Assembly (NCBI GenBank): GCA_964016885.1
Contig: OZ024765.1
Coordinates: 21,762,001 to 21,826,000, forward strand
Direction: 5' to 3'
Length of the DNA stretch: 64,000 nucleotides
DNA from: Eledone cirrhosa
Lineage: Eukaryota
The translations under genes were made by a program, and so were the position numbers. The first letter of the stretch is position 1; each line of letters begins with the position of its first letter. Positions 51,483 to 64,000 of the stretch are shown one piece after another. The notes below the pieces were generated by a model. That model was not told the origin of the DNA. It searched no databases and worked only from the letters and a program-made list of their open reading frames with translations.

Positions 51483-54400
51483 ACCCCTCCCTGCACCTCC
51501 AACCCATCCTTCCCACCCACCAAAACTTCAGAGTTGGTACCATAAATGTAGGCACCTTAAAAGGTTGCTCTAACGAGGTTATAGAGATGCTTGAACGTAA
51601 GGAGGTTGATGTTTGCTGTATCCAAGAGACCAGGTGGAGGGGCGGGTCTGCGAGATTCATTGTAGGTAAAAAACGATGCTATAAGCTTTTCTGGGTGGGA
51701 AATGACAATGGGCTGGGTGGGGTAGGAATCATGGTAGCAGAAAAATGGGTAGATAAGATTATAGACGTAAATAAAGTGAATGACAGAATAATTAAAATAA
51801 GACTTGTTCTAAATAGAACTACTGTGACAGTAATATCTGCGTACGCACCCCAATCCGGACTGCCTGGCGTTATAAAAGACAGATTCTATAGTCGCTAATG
51901 CTGACTACCTCCCAAATAACCAACAGTGACTACATAAGTATTGCTGGCGACCTAAATGGTCACGTTGGACAATATTGTGATGGCTATGACGGAATCCATG
52001 GAGGCTATGGGTTTGGTACTAGAAATGAGGAAGGCTCCAGAATCCTGGAATTCTGTGATGCAAATAACCTAACTATCTGTAACACAAACTTCAAATAACG
52101 AAACAATCACTTGATCACCTATAGATCAGGGGAACATACCAGCCAGATAGATTATATCCTTACCAGCAGACGTGACAATGTGTCTGTTGTAAACACTAAA
52201 TCCCTCCCCCATGAAGAATGCACCTCCCAACATAGCCTCATAATTAGTAACCTCATAGTCAGGACGAGACGTACTCGACAACAGAGGAGGACTACCCTAA
52301 GGAGAAGAATATGGAAGTTAAAGGACCCCCATAGCCAGTAATAAATTGAAAAGCATAATACTTGATGCTTTTGACAGTAAGGAAGAGCAATTAGAGTCGT
52401 ACAATATAGAGGAACAGTGGGAATTCCTGAAAGTTAACCTGCTGAAGGCGACATGAAATCTGTGACTGGAGCAGACCTATAGGCAGGAGGCGAGTAACTT
52501 GGTGGTGGAACAGTAAGGTGAAGTGTCAATCAAGGCCAAAAAGCAAGCTTAGAAAGTATGGTGGGATGGGAAAAGTAGAGAAGACTATCATGTGGCCAGG
52601 AGGCAAGCTAGGAGACAAGTGTACTTTGCAAGAAGGGAAGCAGAGGAAAGAAAGTTCAAGCATGTTCTACAACGCGAGGACCAAAAATGTGAGGTGTTCA
52701 GGATTGCTAGGCAATGTGTCAAGGAAAACCGTGATATTGTCGGGGAGAAGTGTGTCCTTAATGATGATGGTGTACTTGCCATCACTGATGCTGATAAGAA
52801 GGTAGCTTGGAAGTGTTACTACGAAAGGCTACTAAATGAGGAGAATAAATGGGAAAAAGATAGTCTGCCCCACATCGATCCAATAGGGGGACCAGCGGTG
52901 CAAATTGACGGTAGTATAAGTAAGGCAATCAATGAAGACAGGCAAGGCAGCTGGGCCTTCGGAGATAGTTGCTGAAATGCTGAAAGCATCTGGAACGGTG
53001 GGACATACTATGATCACCCGGATAGTAAACCAAGTCATACAGAACGGGGTCATACCAAATGACTGGCGTAGCAGTATCATCGTTAACTGCTACAAGGGTA
53101 AAGGAGATGCCCTAGATAGGGGAAACTATAGAGGCATTAAATTAATTGACCAGGTCATGAAGGTCACAGAAAAAGTTATAGCGCAACTAATCAGAGAGCG
53201 AATTGATCTAGACGAAATGTAGTTTGGGTTTGTGTCAGGTAAAAGTACCACAGACGCTCTTTTCCTTGTACAACTACAGGAGAAGTACCTATACTTAGCT
53301 TTTGTTGACCTGGAGAAAGCATTTGACAGAGTCCCCCGTGCCATTATCTGGTGGGCCCTTAGAAAACTAGGGGTTGATGAATGGCTTGTGAGAGCTATAC
53401 AAGCCATGTATAAAGAAACAGTCAGTAAGGTTAGAATTAACAATGAATATAGTGAAGAATTTAGCGTAAAAGTTGGTGTTCATCAGGGCTCTGTCCTTAG
53501 GCCCCTACTATTTATTATTGCCCTTCAGGCTATAACAGAGAAGTTCAAGACCGGCTGCCCATGGAAACTCCTATACGCAGATGATCTAACGCTCATAGCT
53601 GAATCAATGGCTGAACTAGAGAAGAAATTCCAAACATGGAAGCATGGCCTAGAATCAAAAGGCCTTAAAATTAACCTGTCTAAGACTAAAGTTCTAGTTT
53701 GTAGGAAGGAAAATAGGGCACTGGTCCCATCTGGGAAATAGCCATGCTCAGTGTGTAGGAAAGGAGTAGGCAGAAACTCCATTTTATGTCCCAAATGCAA
53801 AGTATGGGTGCATAAAAGATGTAGTGGGATTACAGGTAAGCTAACTAAGAATATAGATTTTATATGTGGCCAGTGCTCAGGTGCAATAAGTAGCAGCAAG
53901 TGCCCACAAAATACTATCTCATTCCATTGCACAGATGGTTCTATAGAAATAGTGGACACCTTCCGTTACCTGGGTGACAAAATCAGCAGTGGTGGAGGGT
54001 GCTCTGAAAGTACAGTAGCTAGAGTCAGAACTGGATGGAAAAAGTTCAGAGAGCTTATACCACTATTGGCCGCTAAATGGTTCTCTCTAAAAATGAAAGG
54101 CAGGCTGTATGATGCCTGCATACGAACAGCAATGTTACATGGCAGTGAGACATGGGCATTGTGTGCAGAGGATCTGCGCAGACTGGAGAGGAACGAAGCG
54201 TGCATGCTCCTCTGGATGTGTAATAGTAATATACGTGAACGGCAAAGCATAAATGAACTAAGTGAGAAATTAGGAATAAGAGGGATCAGATGTTGTTTGC
54301 TCGAGAGAAGACTACGTTGGTATGGTCACGTGATGCGCATGAAAGACGACAGCTGTATAAAAAAGTGCAGGGCGATCAAAATTGATGGTAGTCACGGAGT

Positions 54401-54915
54401 AGGTAGACCCAGAAAAACCTGGGACGATCTGATAAATTCCGACCTTACACACTTACACCTCTCTAAGACAATGTCACTGGATGGAGATCTTTGGCGCTAT
54501 GCAGTAATACAGAAGACCTGCCTTGCCTATGTACATAGTGAAACCTACAGTCAGTAGGCACCTCTTAACCAAATATACACCCCCGTCCCACTACCCCCAC
54601 CCCATCCACACCACCCCTTTCAATGTAAAGTTATGTTGGTACCACAACATCCTGTCCAAAATAAATGAGGTCGTGTAGGTGTCACAACAAAAAAAATACA
54701 CAGTCCACGCTGTAATGTGGTCGTGTAGGTAACACGGTAAAAACCTCCCAGTCCACACTGTAAACGTGGTTGGGGGTTAGGAAGGGCATCCAGCCGTAGA
54801 AAACCTGCCAGACAGTCCTATACGAGCAAGACAACTACTCTTGCCTCAAGTGGGACAATTCCCATCTAAACCCATGCTAGTGTGGAAGATAGACATTAAG
54901 CGATGATGATGATGT
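51483..54915 (+). mobile_element. Near-full-length decayed RTE-clade (BovB-like) LINE: APE endonuclease + reverse transcriptase
   Basis: GTINVGT, IQETRW, SAYAPQ, GDLNGHVG, SQIDYIL, KGKGD..NYRGIKL, FVDLEKAFDRV, GVHQGSVL, YADDL, FRYLGD; several stops and frameshifts; (gat)n tail. Confidence 0.95.
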
Positions 54916-55624
54916 ATATATAATAGTAAAAAAGAAAAGACAGTAGAAAATGCTAAAGGGTTTTTTTTCTGTCAGAATAACAGCAAAACATTTATTCACA
55001 AAATAGGAATTTCCCTATTTTTCGTATCGGTTTCAGCTGATGGGCTACTTCATGTGACAAAAGTGTATAATGAAATTAAATTGTATATTAATAAGAATAT
55101 GAGGGAAAACAAATATATATATATGTATCCGGAATGATAAAGGTGAGCTTGCCCTCACAAGTGCTGAGAAGAAAGATGCATGGAAGAGTCATTATGACCT
55201 GGGATAAGGTGATAAAAACCGACCTTACCCAATTACACCTCTCAAAGGCAATGACACATGACCGTGACCTCTGGCGTCTCGCAGTAATACAGAGTACCCG
55301 ACCTCCCATGGGTACAAGCTGAAGCATATAGACAATATGCCCCCACACCCCCCACCGTAAGGTGGTCATGGAGGTGCCACGGCAAAAAAGCACCCAGCCC
55401 ACACTGTAAAGTGGACGTGTAGGCGCCACGGAAAAGCACCCAGCACTCACTGTAAATGAGGTTGGTGTTAGGAAGGGCATCCAGCTGTAGAAATCAAGCC
55501 AGATCAGTTCCTGTATGAGCAAGGCATGGTCAGCCGACCAGACATTGCCCACAACAGAACAACCCGTCTAACCCATGCTAGCGTGGAAGAACGGACGTAA
55601 AACGGTGATGATGATGATATCTAG

Positions 55625-56070
55625 GGCAGGTAAAATTCCCAATATCCATGGATAGTTCTCTCCAGCGGTCTCTGTCCCTCATCCTCGCTGCCATGTCCTG
55701 CATCTCCAAGAGACCAGTGTCTGTCCTTAGGGCATCCACGTATGTCAACCTCGGTCTCCCTCTTCCAGTGTGTCCATGCAGGGGCTCCCGCAGGAGCACT
55801 GAGTGCAGTGTCAACTCTGGATGCCGGTGAGGATGTCCAACTAACCTCAGTCTCCCTCTTCCAGTGTGTCCATGTAGCGGCTCCCACAGGAGCACTGAGT
55901 GCAGTGTCAACTCTGGATGTCGGTGAGCATGTCCAGCTAACCTCAGTCTCCCTCTTCCAGTGTGTCCATGCAGGGGCTCCCACAGGAGCACTGAGTGCAG
56001 TGTCAACTCTGGATGTCGGTGAGCATGTCCAGCTAACCTCAGTCTCCTCTGTGCTACTCTCGAGCTGACT
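55625..56070 (-). mobile_element. RTE-type LINE 3' fragment with 96-bp triplication
   Basis: RLRLAGH..RHPEL...LLWEP.HG...RGRPRLTYVD; period 55801/55897. Confidence 0.75.
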
Positions 56071-56694
56071 TAAAATTTAGCTTCATACCTTGTTTATATA
56101 TATACTAGCAGAAGGCAACCCAAAGAGTGGTTTTCTGATAGCATGTTTAGTGTGCATATTGATATTCAAAAATCCAGGCCGAAACAAATGAGATCGTGTA
56201 GGTGTCACGACAAAAAAAAAAAACACACAGTCCACGCTGTAATGTGACTGTGTAGGCAACGGTAAAAACGTCCCAGTCCCACACTGTAGATGTGGTTGGT
56301 GTTAGGAAGGGCATCCAGCTGTAGAAAACCTGCCAGACAGTCCACGCTGTAATGTGGCCGTGTAGGTAACACGGCAAAAACCTCCCAGCCCCACACTGTA
56401 AATGTGGTTGGTGTTAAGAAGGGCATCCAGCCGTAGAAAACCCGCCAGACAGTCCTATGCGAGCAAGACAACCACTCTTGCCTCAAGTGGGAAAACTCCC
56501 GTCCAAACCCATGCAAGCGTGGAACACGGACGTTAAACGATGATGATGATGATGAATATAAATGTTATGATATAACAATACAAATATATGAACATTTATA
56601 TAAGCGATATAATATTTTGTCCGTTATATCATAACTGGAAGTATTAACATTTGAACATTTTAAAAGAAGTGAATCTTAAAATAAGCAATCATTA

Positions 56695-57370
56695 TGTGGA
56701 TTGGCAGTATCGGTAGAGAGTCGGACGCCATGCTTTGAAGCATAGAGTTACGTCCCTTTATGATCTGAGTTCAAATCCCGCCGAGGTTAACTTTGCCTTT
56801 CATCCTTACGGGGTCGATAAAATAAAGTACCAGTAATGCACTGTGTAATTGCTGGCCTTGTGCCAAAAATAGAAACAATTATATATATAAGAATATTTAT
56901 GTTTAATCAACAGCTACGAAATTTAGTGGATAAATTATGTAATATTCATTCATTATTGGCAGTATCAGTAGAGGGTCGGACACCATGCTTTGTAGCACAG
57001 TTATGTCCCTTTACGGACTGAGTTCAAATCCCGCCGAGGTTAACTTTGCCTTTCATCTTTACGGGGTTGATAAAATAAAGTACCAGTAATACACTGGGGT
57101 AATTGCTGGCCTTGTGCCAAGAGTAGAAATAATTATTTATTCAAAGTAAAAGGGTGGTGGATTGGCAGTATCGGTAGAGGGTCGGATGCCATGCTTTGCA
57201 GCATAGAGTTGAGCCCCTTTATGATCTGAGTTCAAATCCCGCCGAGGTTAACTTTGCCTTTTAACCTTACGGAGTCAATAAAATAAAGTACCAGTCACAC
57301 ACTGGGATCGATTTAATCGACTTTCCCTTCCCCCAAAGTTGCTGGGCTTGTGCCTATATCAGAAACCATT
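56695..57370 (+). mobile_element. Three tandem SINE-B copies
   Basis: Heads at ~56697, ~56957 and ~57152. Confidence 0.85.
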
Positions 57371-57532
57371 GTTTATTCAAAGTAATCTGACTTATTTTAC
57401 TGGGATAAACAAATATATTGAGGGCCCAGTCCCACACTCCTCCCTTTATTATATGATTTCTATATTTTGTCTGTAATTTGTGGTGAAAGCAAATATTTTC
57501 TCTCTATTTCAGGAATGTAAAAGTTACACCTC

Positions 57533-58001
57533 TGGTAGCCATGGCGAAAGAGATAGTATGGTGGACACGTTTGAAAGGGCTGAAGACAAGCACTTACCTC
57601 TTCGGTGATGCTCTGATTGACTTTTTCAAATTTCATTTGAAAAGGAAAATCAGAGTAGAGAGGGAAGTGCTCTCTTCCCAGCATTTTGTTGAAAGATGGG
57701 TGAGAGAAGCAAGAATGGCCCGAGTGAATGGGCCTACTCTGAGTATATATCTGTAAATTAAAGGTGGAAAACTGGGAGAGGGCACTTGCCTTGGTGGTCA
57801 GAGTCATTGTGGCTTTTTACTGGGCTTTCTCCACAAATGTCCCTCCGAAGTCTCCCCCCTATTGGGGAATTTTTCATTGTTATTTTTTGTTGCACCCTCT
57901 GTTTTTTTACATGCAGAAATGCCCATTTGTACCGTCCTGTATTGTCCTGCACTGTCCTTAATGTCTACTTTATGTAAACCCTTGTGGTTAATGAAGAAAT
58001 C
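57533..58001 (+). mobile_element. Tx1/L1-like 3' fragment flanked by an 85-bp direct duplication
   Basis: AKEIVWWTRLKG...FHLKRKIRVEREVL; 57448-57532 equals 58002-58086. Confidence 0.8.
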
Positions 58002-59014
58002 ATTATATGATTTCTATATTTTGTCTGTAATTTGTGGTGAAAGCAAATATTTTCTCTCTATTTCAGGAATGTAAAAGTTACACCTCAGTAAAAAGCAGGG
58101 TTTGCATTGAATTATAATATTTGTTTGTATTTTAAATTAAGAATCACTGTCAATGTTTCATAGATGCTTTTAATAGTGTGCTGTGTCTCTCTCTCTACTG
58201 GGGTTGCTGGGGTAGGGGTAAAGGTTGGTGGTGGGGGTTATGGTGTTGTTGTAGGGGTGGTGGGGCTGGGATGGTGTGTGTATTGGAGTTGTGGTGGTGG
58301 TGGTGCTGCTATAGGGGTTGTGGTTTTGGGGTAGGGCTGGTGGTGGTGTAAGGGTGAGGAAGGCAGAGGTATGTAGTGGTGGTGGTTATGGTGCTGTAGG
58401 AGGATGAAGGTGGTGGCGTGTAGTGGTGGTGGTGGGGTAGTGGTTGTCATTTTTCTTTAGTTTTAACATTAGTTATAAATCTAACAAATTTACTTATTTT
58501 TAACTCACAATTTGCAAATTAATTTAGATTTTAATAGATTTTTAACAGCAAATTCATTAAAATTTTAATAGATTTCTAACAAATTAATGAAACTATTAAT
58601 AGGTTTTTAATGCTAAATTAATTTAGATTTTTTAGACTTTTGCTGCAAAATTGTAATAGAATGACATGTAGCTTTAAGTTAATGTTTTTTGTGAGACTTT
58701 GCCACATGTTTCACATGAGGTATTTTATCTTAATGATGAATGGATGTAACATATGTAGGTTTAAGACCTAGCTACACATATAGAAGATGGTGCCCCTAAG
58801 ACTCTGTAAAGAGTTAAGTGCTAAAGGTTTGGTAGTTTCTGTATGGGAACTCTAGGCCTCTGTCTGGTCAGTCTTACAATAATAACACCACCTTTATACA
58901 TTACATTGGTCCAGTGGTTCCCAAATTTTTTATCGCGGAACCCCTTGACATTATTTAAAAAATAATGGAACCCTTATCTAAAATAAAACATATTATATTG
59001 ACAAGGAGCAAACG

Positions 59015-60926
59015 TCTATTGATACAGGAGACAGCACCTGCTCACCGTGTCACACTTGGTACCTATGTTACATCTATTGATACAGGATACAGCACATGCT
59101 CACCGTGTCACACTTGGTACCTATGTTACATCTATTGATACAGGATACAACACATGCTCACCGTGTCACACTTGGTACCTATGTTACATCTATTGATACA
59201 GGATACAGCACATGCTCACCGTGTCACACTTGGTACCTATGTTACATCTATTGATACAGGATACAACACATGCTCACCGTGTCACACTTGGTACCTATGT
59301 TACATCTATTGATACAGCATACAGCACATGCTCACCGTGTCACACTTGGTACCTATGTTACGTCTATTGATACAGGATACAACACATGCTCACCGTGTCA
59401 CACTTGGTACCTATGTTACATCTATTGATACAGGATACAACACATGCTCACCGTGTCACACTTGGTACCTATGTTACATCTATTGATACAGGATACAGCA
59501 CATGCTCACCGTGTCACACTTGGTACCTATGTTACGTCTATTGATACAGGATACAGCACCTGCTCACCGTGTCACACTTGGTACCTATGTTACGTCTATT
59601 GATACAGGATACAACACATGCTCACCGTGTCACACTTGGTACCTATGTTACATCTATTGATACAGGATACAGCACCTGCTCACCGTGTCACACTTGGTAC
59701 CTATGTTACATCTATTGATACAGGATACAGCACATGCTCACCGTGTCACACTTGGTACCTATGTTACATCTATTGATACAGGATACAGCACATGCTCACC
59801 GTGTCACACTTGGTACCTATGTTACATCTATTGATACAGGATACAGCACATGCTCACCGTGTCACACTTGGTACCTATGTTACATCTATTGATACAGGAT
59901 ACAGCACATGTTCACCGTGTCACACTTGGTACCTATGTTACATCTATTGATACAGGAGACAGCACCTGCTCACCGTGTGACACTTGGTACCTATGTTACG
60001 TCTATTGATACAGGATACAACACATGCTCACCGTGTCACACTTGGTACCTATGTTACATCTATTGATACAGGAGACAGCACCTGCTCACCGTGTGACACT
60101 TGGTACCTATGTTACATCTATTGATACAGGATACAACACATGCTCACCGTGTCACACTTGGTACCTATGTTACATCTATTGATACAGGATACAGCACATG
60201 CTCACCGTGTCACACTTGGTACCTATGTTACATCTATTGATACAGGATACAACACATGCTCACCGTGTCACACTTGGTACCTATGTTACATCTATTACAG
60301 CATACAGCACATGCTCACCGTGTCACACTTGGTACCTATGTTACGTCTATTGATACAGGATACAACACATGCTCACCGTGTCACACTTGGTACCTATGTT
60401 ACATCTATTGATACAGGATACAACACATGCTCACCGTGTCACACTTGGTACCTATGTTACATCTATTGATACAGGATACAGCACCTGCTCACCGTGTCAC
60501 ACTTGGTACCTATGTTACATCTATTGATACAGCATACAGCACATGCTCACCGTGTCACACTTGGTACCTATGTTACATCTATTGATACAGGATACAGCAC
60601 ATGCTCACCGTGTCACACTTGGTACCTATGTTACATCTATTGATACAGGATACAGCACATGCTCACCGTGTCACACTTGGTACCTATGTTACATCTATTG
60701 ATACAGCATACAGCACATGCTCACCGTGTCACACTTGGTACCTATGTTACATCTATTGATACAGGATACAGCACATGCTCACCGTGTCACACTTGGTACC
60801 TATGTTACGTCTATTGATACAGGATACAGCACATGCTCACCGTGTCACACTTGGTACCTATGTTACATCTATTGATACAGGATACAGCACATGCTCACCG
60901 TGTCACACTTGGTACCTATGTTACGC
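59015..60926. repeat. 58-bp minisatellite, ~33 copies
   Basis: Unit ctattgatacaggatacagcacatgctcaccgtgtcacacttggtacctatgttacat. Confidence 0.97.
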
Positions 60927-61011
60927 TTAAGAGAGAACTTAAATATTCAAATGAGAGATTCAAATACGTAGTTTATGGTAAAAAGTTATAAATCTGATTA
61001 TTACAGGTGCT

Positions 61012-62579
61012 CACAGTAGACCCTTAATAATGGAATACTACACAGTAGACCCTTAATAATGGAATACTACACAGTAGACCCTTAATAATGGAATACTACA
61101 CAGTAGACCCTTAATAATGGAATACTACACAGTAGACCCTTAATAATGGAATACTACACAGTAGACGCTTAATAATGGAATACTACACAGTAGACCCTTA
61201 ATAATGGAATACTACACAGTAGACCCTTAATAATGGAATACTACACAGTAGACCCTTAATAATGGAATACTACTCAGTAGACCCTTAATAATGGAATACT
61301 ACACAGTAGACCCTTAATAATGGAATACTACACAGTAGACCCTTAATAATGGAATACTACTCAGTAGACCCTTAATAATGGAATACTACTCAGTACACCC
61401 TTAATAATGGAATACTACACAGTAGACCCTTAATAATGGAATACTACACAGTAGACCCTTAATAATGGAATACTACACAGTAGACCCTTAATAATGGAAT
61501 ACTACACAGTAGACCCTTAATAATGGAATACTACACAGTAGACGCTTAATAATGGAATACTACACAGTAGACCCTTAATAATGGAATACTACACAGTAGA
61601 CCCTTAATAATGGAATACTACACAGTAGACCCTTAATAATGGAATACTACACAGTAGACCCTTAATAATGGAATACTACACAGTAGACCCTTAATAATGG
61701 AATACTACACAGTAGACCCTTAATAATGGAATACTACACAGTAGACCCTTAATAATGGAATACTACACAGTAGACCCTTAATAATGGAATACTACTCAGT
61801 ACACCCTTAATAATGGAATACTACACAGTAGACCCTTAATAATGGAATACTACACAGTAGACCCTTAATAATGGAATACTACACAGTAGACCCTTAATAA
61901 TGGAATACTACACAGTAGACCCTTAATAATGGAATACTACACAGTAGACCCTTAATAATGGAATACTACACAGTAGACCCTTAATAATGGAATACTACAC
62001 AGTAGACCCTTAATAATGGAATACTACTCAGTACACCCTTAATAATGGAATACTACACAGTAGACCCTTAATAATGGAATACTACACAGTAGACCCTTAA
62101 TAATGGAATACTACACAGTAGACCCTTAATAATGGAATACTACACAGTAGACCCTTAATAATGGAATACTACACAGTAGACCCTTAATAATGGAATACTA
62201 CTCAGTAGACCCTTAATAATGGAATACTACACAGTAGACCCTTAATAATGGAATACTACACAGTAGACCCTTAATAATGGAATACTACACAGTAGACCCT
62301 TAATAATGGAATACTACACAGTAGACCCTTAATAATGGAATACTACACAGTAGACCCTTAATAATGGAATACTACACAGTAGACCCTTAATAATGGAATA
62401 CTACACAGTACACCCTTAATAATGGAATACTACACAGTACACCCTTAATAATGGAATACTACACAGTAGACGCTTAATAATGGAATACTACACAGTAGAC
62501 CCTTAATAATGGAATACTACACAGTAGACCCTTAATAATGGAATACTACTCAGTAGACCCTTAATAATGGAATACTACA
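61012..62579. repeat. 29-bp minisatellite, ~54 copies
   Basis: Unit cacagtagacccttaataatggaatacta. Confidence 0.97.
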
Positions 62580-63751
62580 ACCCAACTGAACGATTTGGCT
62601 GAGAGCTCCGCAGTGTAACACCCTTTGCATGTTTATATGGGGAGTATATACCGATCATACACGTTACAACTTGTTAGTCCTGCAGGATGTCCAAAGTCAC
62701 CCTCCTCACCAAGAAATCTTGGTGGGGTTGCCAGTTTAGTCAAAGGGCAAAGGAACTCCTGGGAGCTCTTAAGAGCTCTTGGAGTCAATGGCCATCCAAA
62801 ACCAGCACGGCCCGCCGAAAGGCGCTGCAGTGCCGGAAAAGTCAACTTCCTGCTACTAGTATGCTGGTAAACTAGTACAACGTATCTCCAGACGGATAGA
62901 GTGGGTCCGTAGCTTTGGTTAGCGACTACTCTAGTGCTTGCAACACGAACAATTAGGGCGAGGGTATAAATGCCAGGTTGGTATCTGGCGCCGGGTAACC
63001 CACCACACGGAGGAGAAAGCACCTTCTTCAAGACTTGGCTGTCAAATCCTTTCACATGTGTGTAGTAGTGGCGCCCTCACACATTATTAGCTATTTGAAA
63101 AGATGATGGATTTTGCAACTAACTGCACCAGGGTTCCTGTTCCTCAGGGAACCACACTATACGGGGGACAGGGAGTTCTGGGGCATGAGAGTGAGATCCA
63201 TCATCTCGACAGTAGTCGAAGAATGATGATGATGATGATGACAACTTGTTAGTCTTTATTTTTATAGTAAACTTCAACTTGTGCCTTATGGAACCCCTGG
63301 CCTTGTTTCACGGAACCCTAGGGTTCCGCGAAACCCACTTTGGGAACTACTGCATTAGTCACTTCATTTTCTCTCTGCATCAATGTCTCCAGCTTTCTGC
63401 ACTGCATAATTGCTACATAGACGCTGCATAGTTGCTGCACAAAAAATGTTCTGCATGTTCGTTAATAATCAGCATTTTTACTCGTTTATTGAATAATTAA
63501 TTAATTTTGTTTGTTTGTTCTCTCCTTATATTTTCTTTACATGCTCCAGCTAGGTCCAGGCCCAGCCCAGGCCATGCTGGAGCACCATGTTTGTGTTTGT
63601 TTGTTTTTTACAAATTATTATTTTCATTAATTTTTCAGAAATCTGGCTGTGTTAATTTATTAATTATTTTTGTTAGTGACTCATTACATGGAGCTTGTTA
63701 ATATTCTTTCTCTCGTTAGTAGTGAGTTTTGTGTTTTAGTAGACGTATGAC

Positions 63752-64000
63752 TATTTGGCAGTATCGGTAGAGGGTCGGACGCTATGCTGAGATGTATCGA
63801 GTTACGGCCCTTGCCATTCTGAGTTCAAATCCCGCCGAGGTTAACTTTGCCTTTCATCCTTACGGGGTCGATAAAATAAAGTACCAGTAATGCACTGGGT
63901 AATTTCTGGCCTTGTGCCTAAAGTAGAAACAATTATTAATGAAGGTGGGTTGACAGAATTGGTAGAGTGTCGGAGAAAATGCTTTGCAGTATAGAGTTCC
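63752..64000 (+). mobile_element. SINE family B copy plus the start of another
   Basis: tggcagtatcggtagag head, B box, core. Confidence 0.8.

Larger units (their letters stand above)
58912..63352. mobile_element. Non-autonomous hAT (Charlie/MER5-like) element inflated by minisatellites
   Basis: TIRs CAGTGGTTCCCAAA / TTTGGGAACTACTG; 8-bp TSD cattggtc/cattagtc; subterminal ggaaccc motifs. Confidence 0.85.

Noticed and set aside
51446-54557. Active LINE
   Set aside because: Multiple premature stops and frameshifts across APE and RT
58067-58100. Possible CCDC93 exon 11 (ECKSYTSVKSR)
   Set aside because: No resemblance to the expected ..LTASSVG.IVG.. segment and no convincing donor; exon 11 is probably beyond the window
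59015-62579. CRISPR-like regular arrays (29-bp, 58-bp, also 30-45-bp units elsewhere)
   Set aside because: No unique spacers, no cas genes, eukaryotic context; plain head-to-tail repeats

Overview
AT-rich, repeat-dense animal genomic DNA. The SINE/LINE repertoire and the very large (TA)n/(TG)n tracts suggest an octopus-like cephalopod, which is an inference. The one well-supported host gene is CCDC93 (CCC/Commander subunit). I traced its first 10 coding exons by hand on the + strand from 22395 to 49289, with GT-AG boundaries and consistent phases, and the gene runs out of the window. A weaker, unidentified spliced locus lies divergently on the - strand (about 18530 down to 4497), with phase-compatible candidate exons but in-frame stops. 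The rest is a mix of a near-full-length decayed RTE-clade LINE, CR1-, Tx1/L1- and CRE-like fragments, two SINE families, Helitron-, piggyBac- and hAT-like non-autonomous elements, and more than 12 minisatellites. Three patterns stand out. (1) Several unrelated short repeat families, often arranged as long palindromes, carry complete type I hammerhead-ribozyme folds. (2) Most minisatellites are amplified internal pieces of retroelements or of exon/donor junctions. (3) Inverted 72-bp arrays bracket CCDC93 exons 2-3. Almost all ORFs in the supplied track are repeat artefacts. All family assignments come from remembered motifs, not database searches, and repeat boundaries are approximate.
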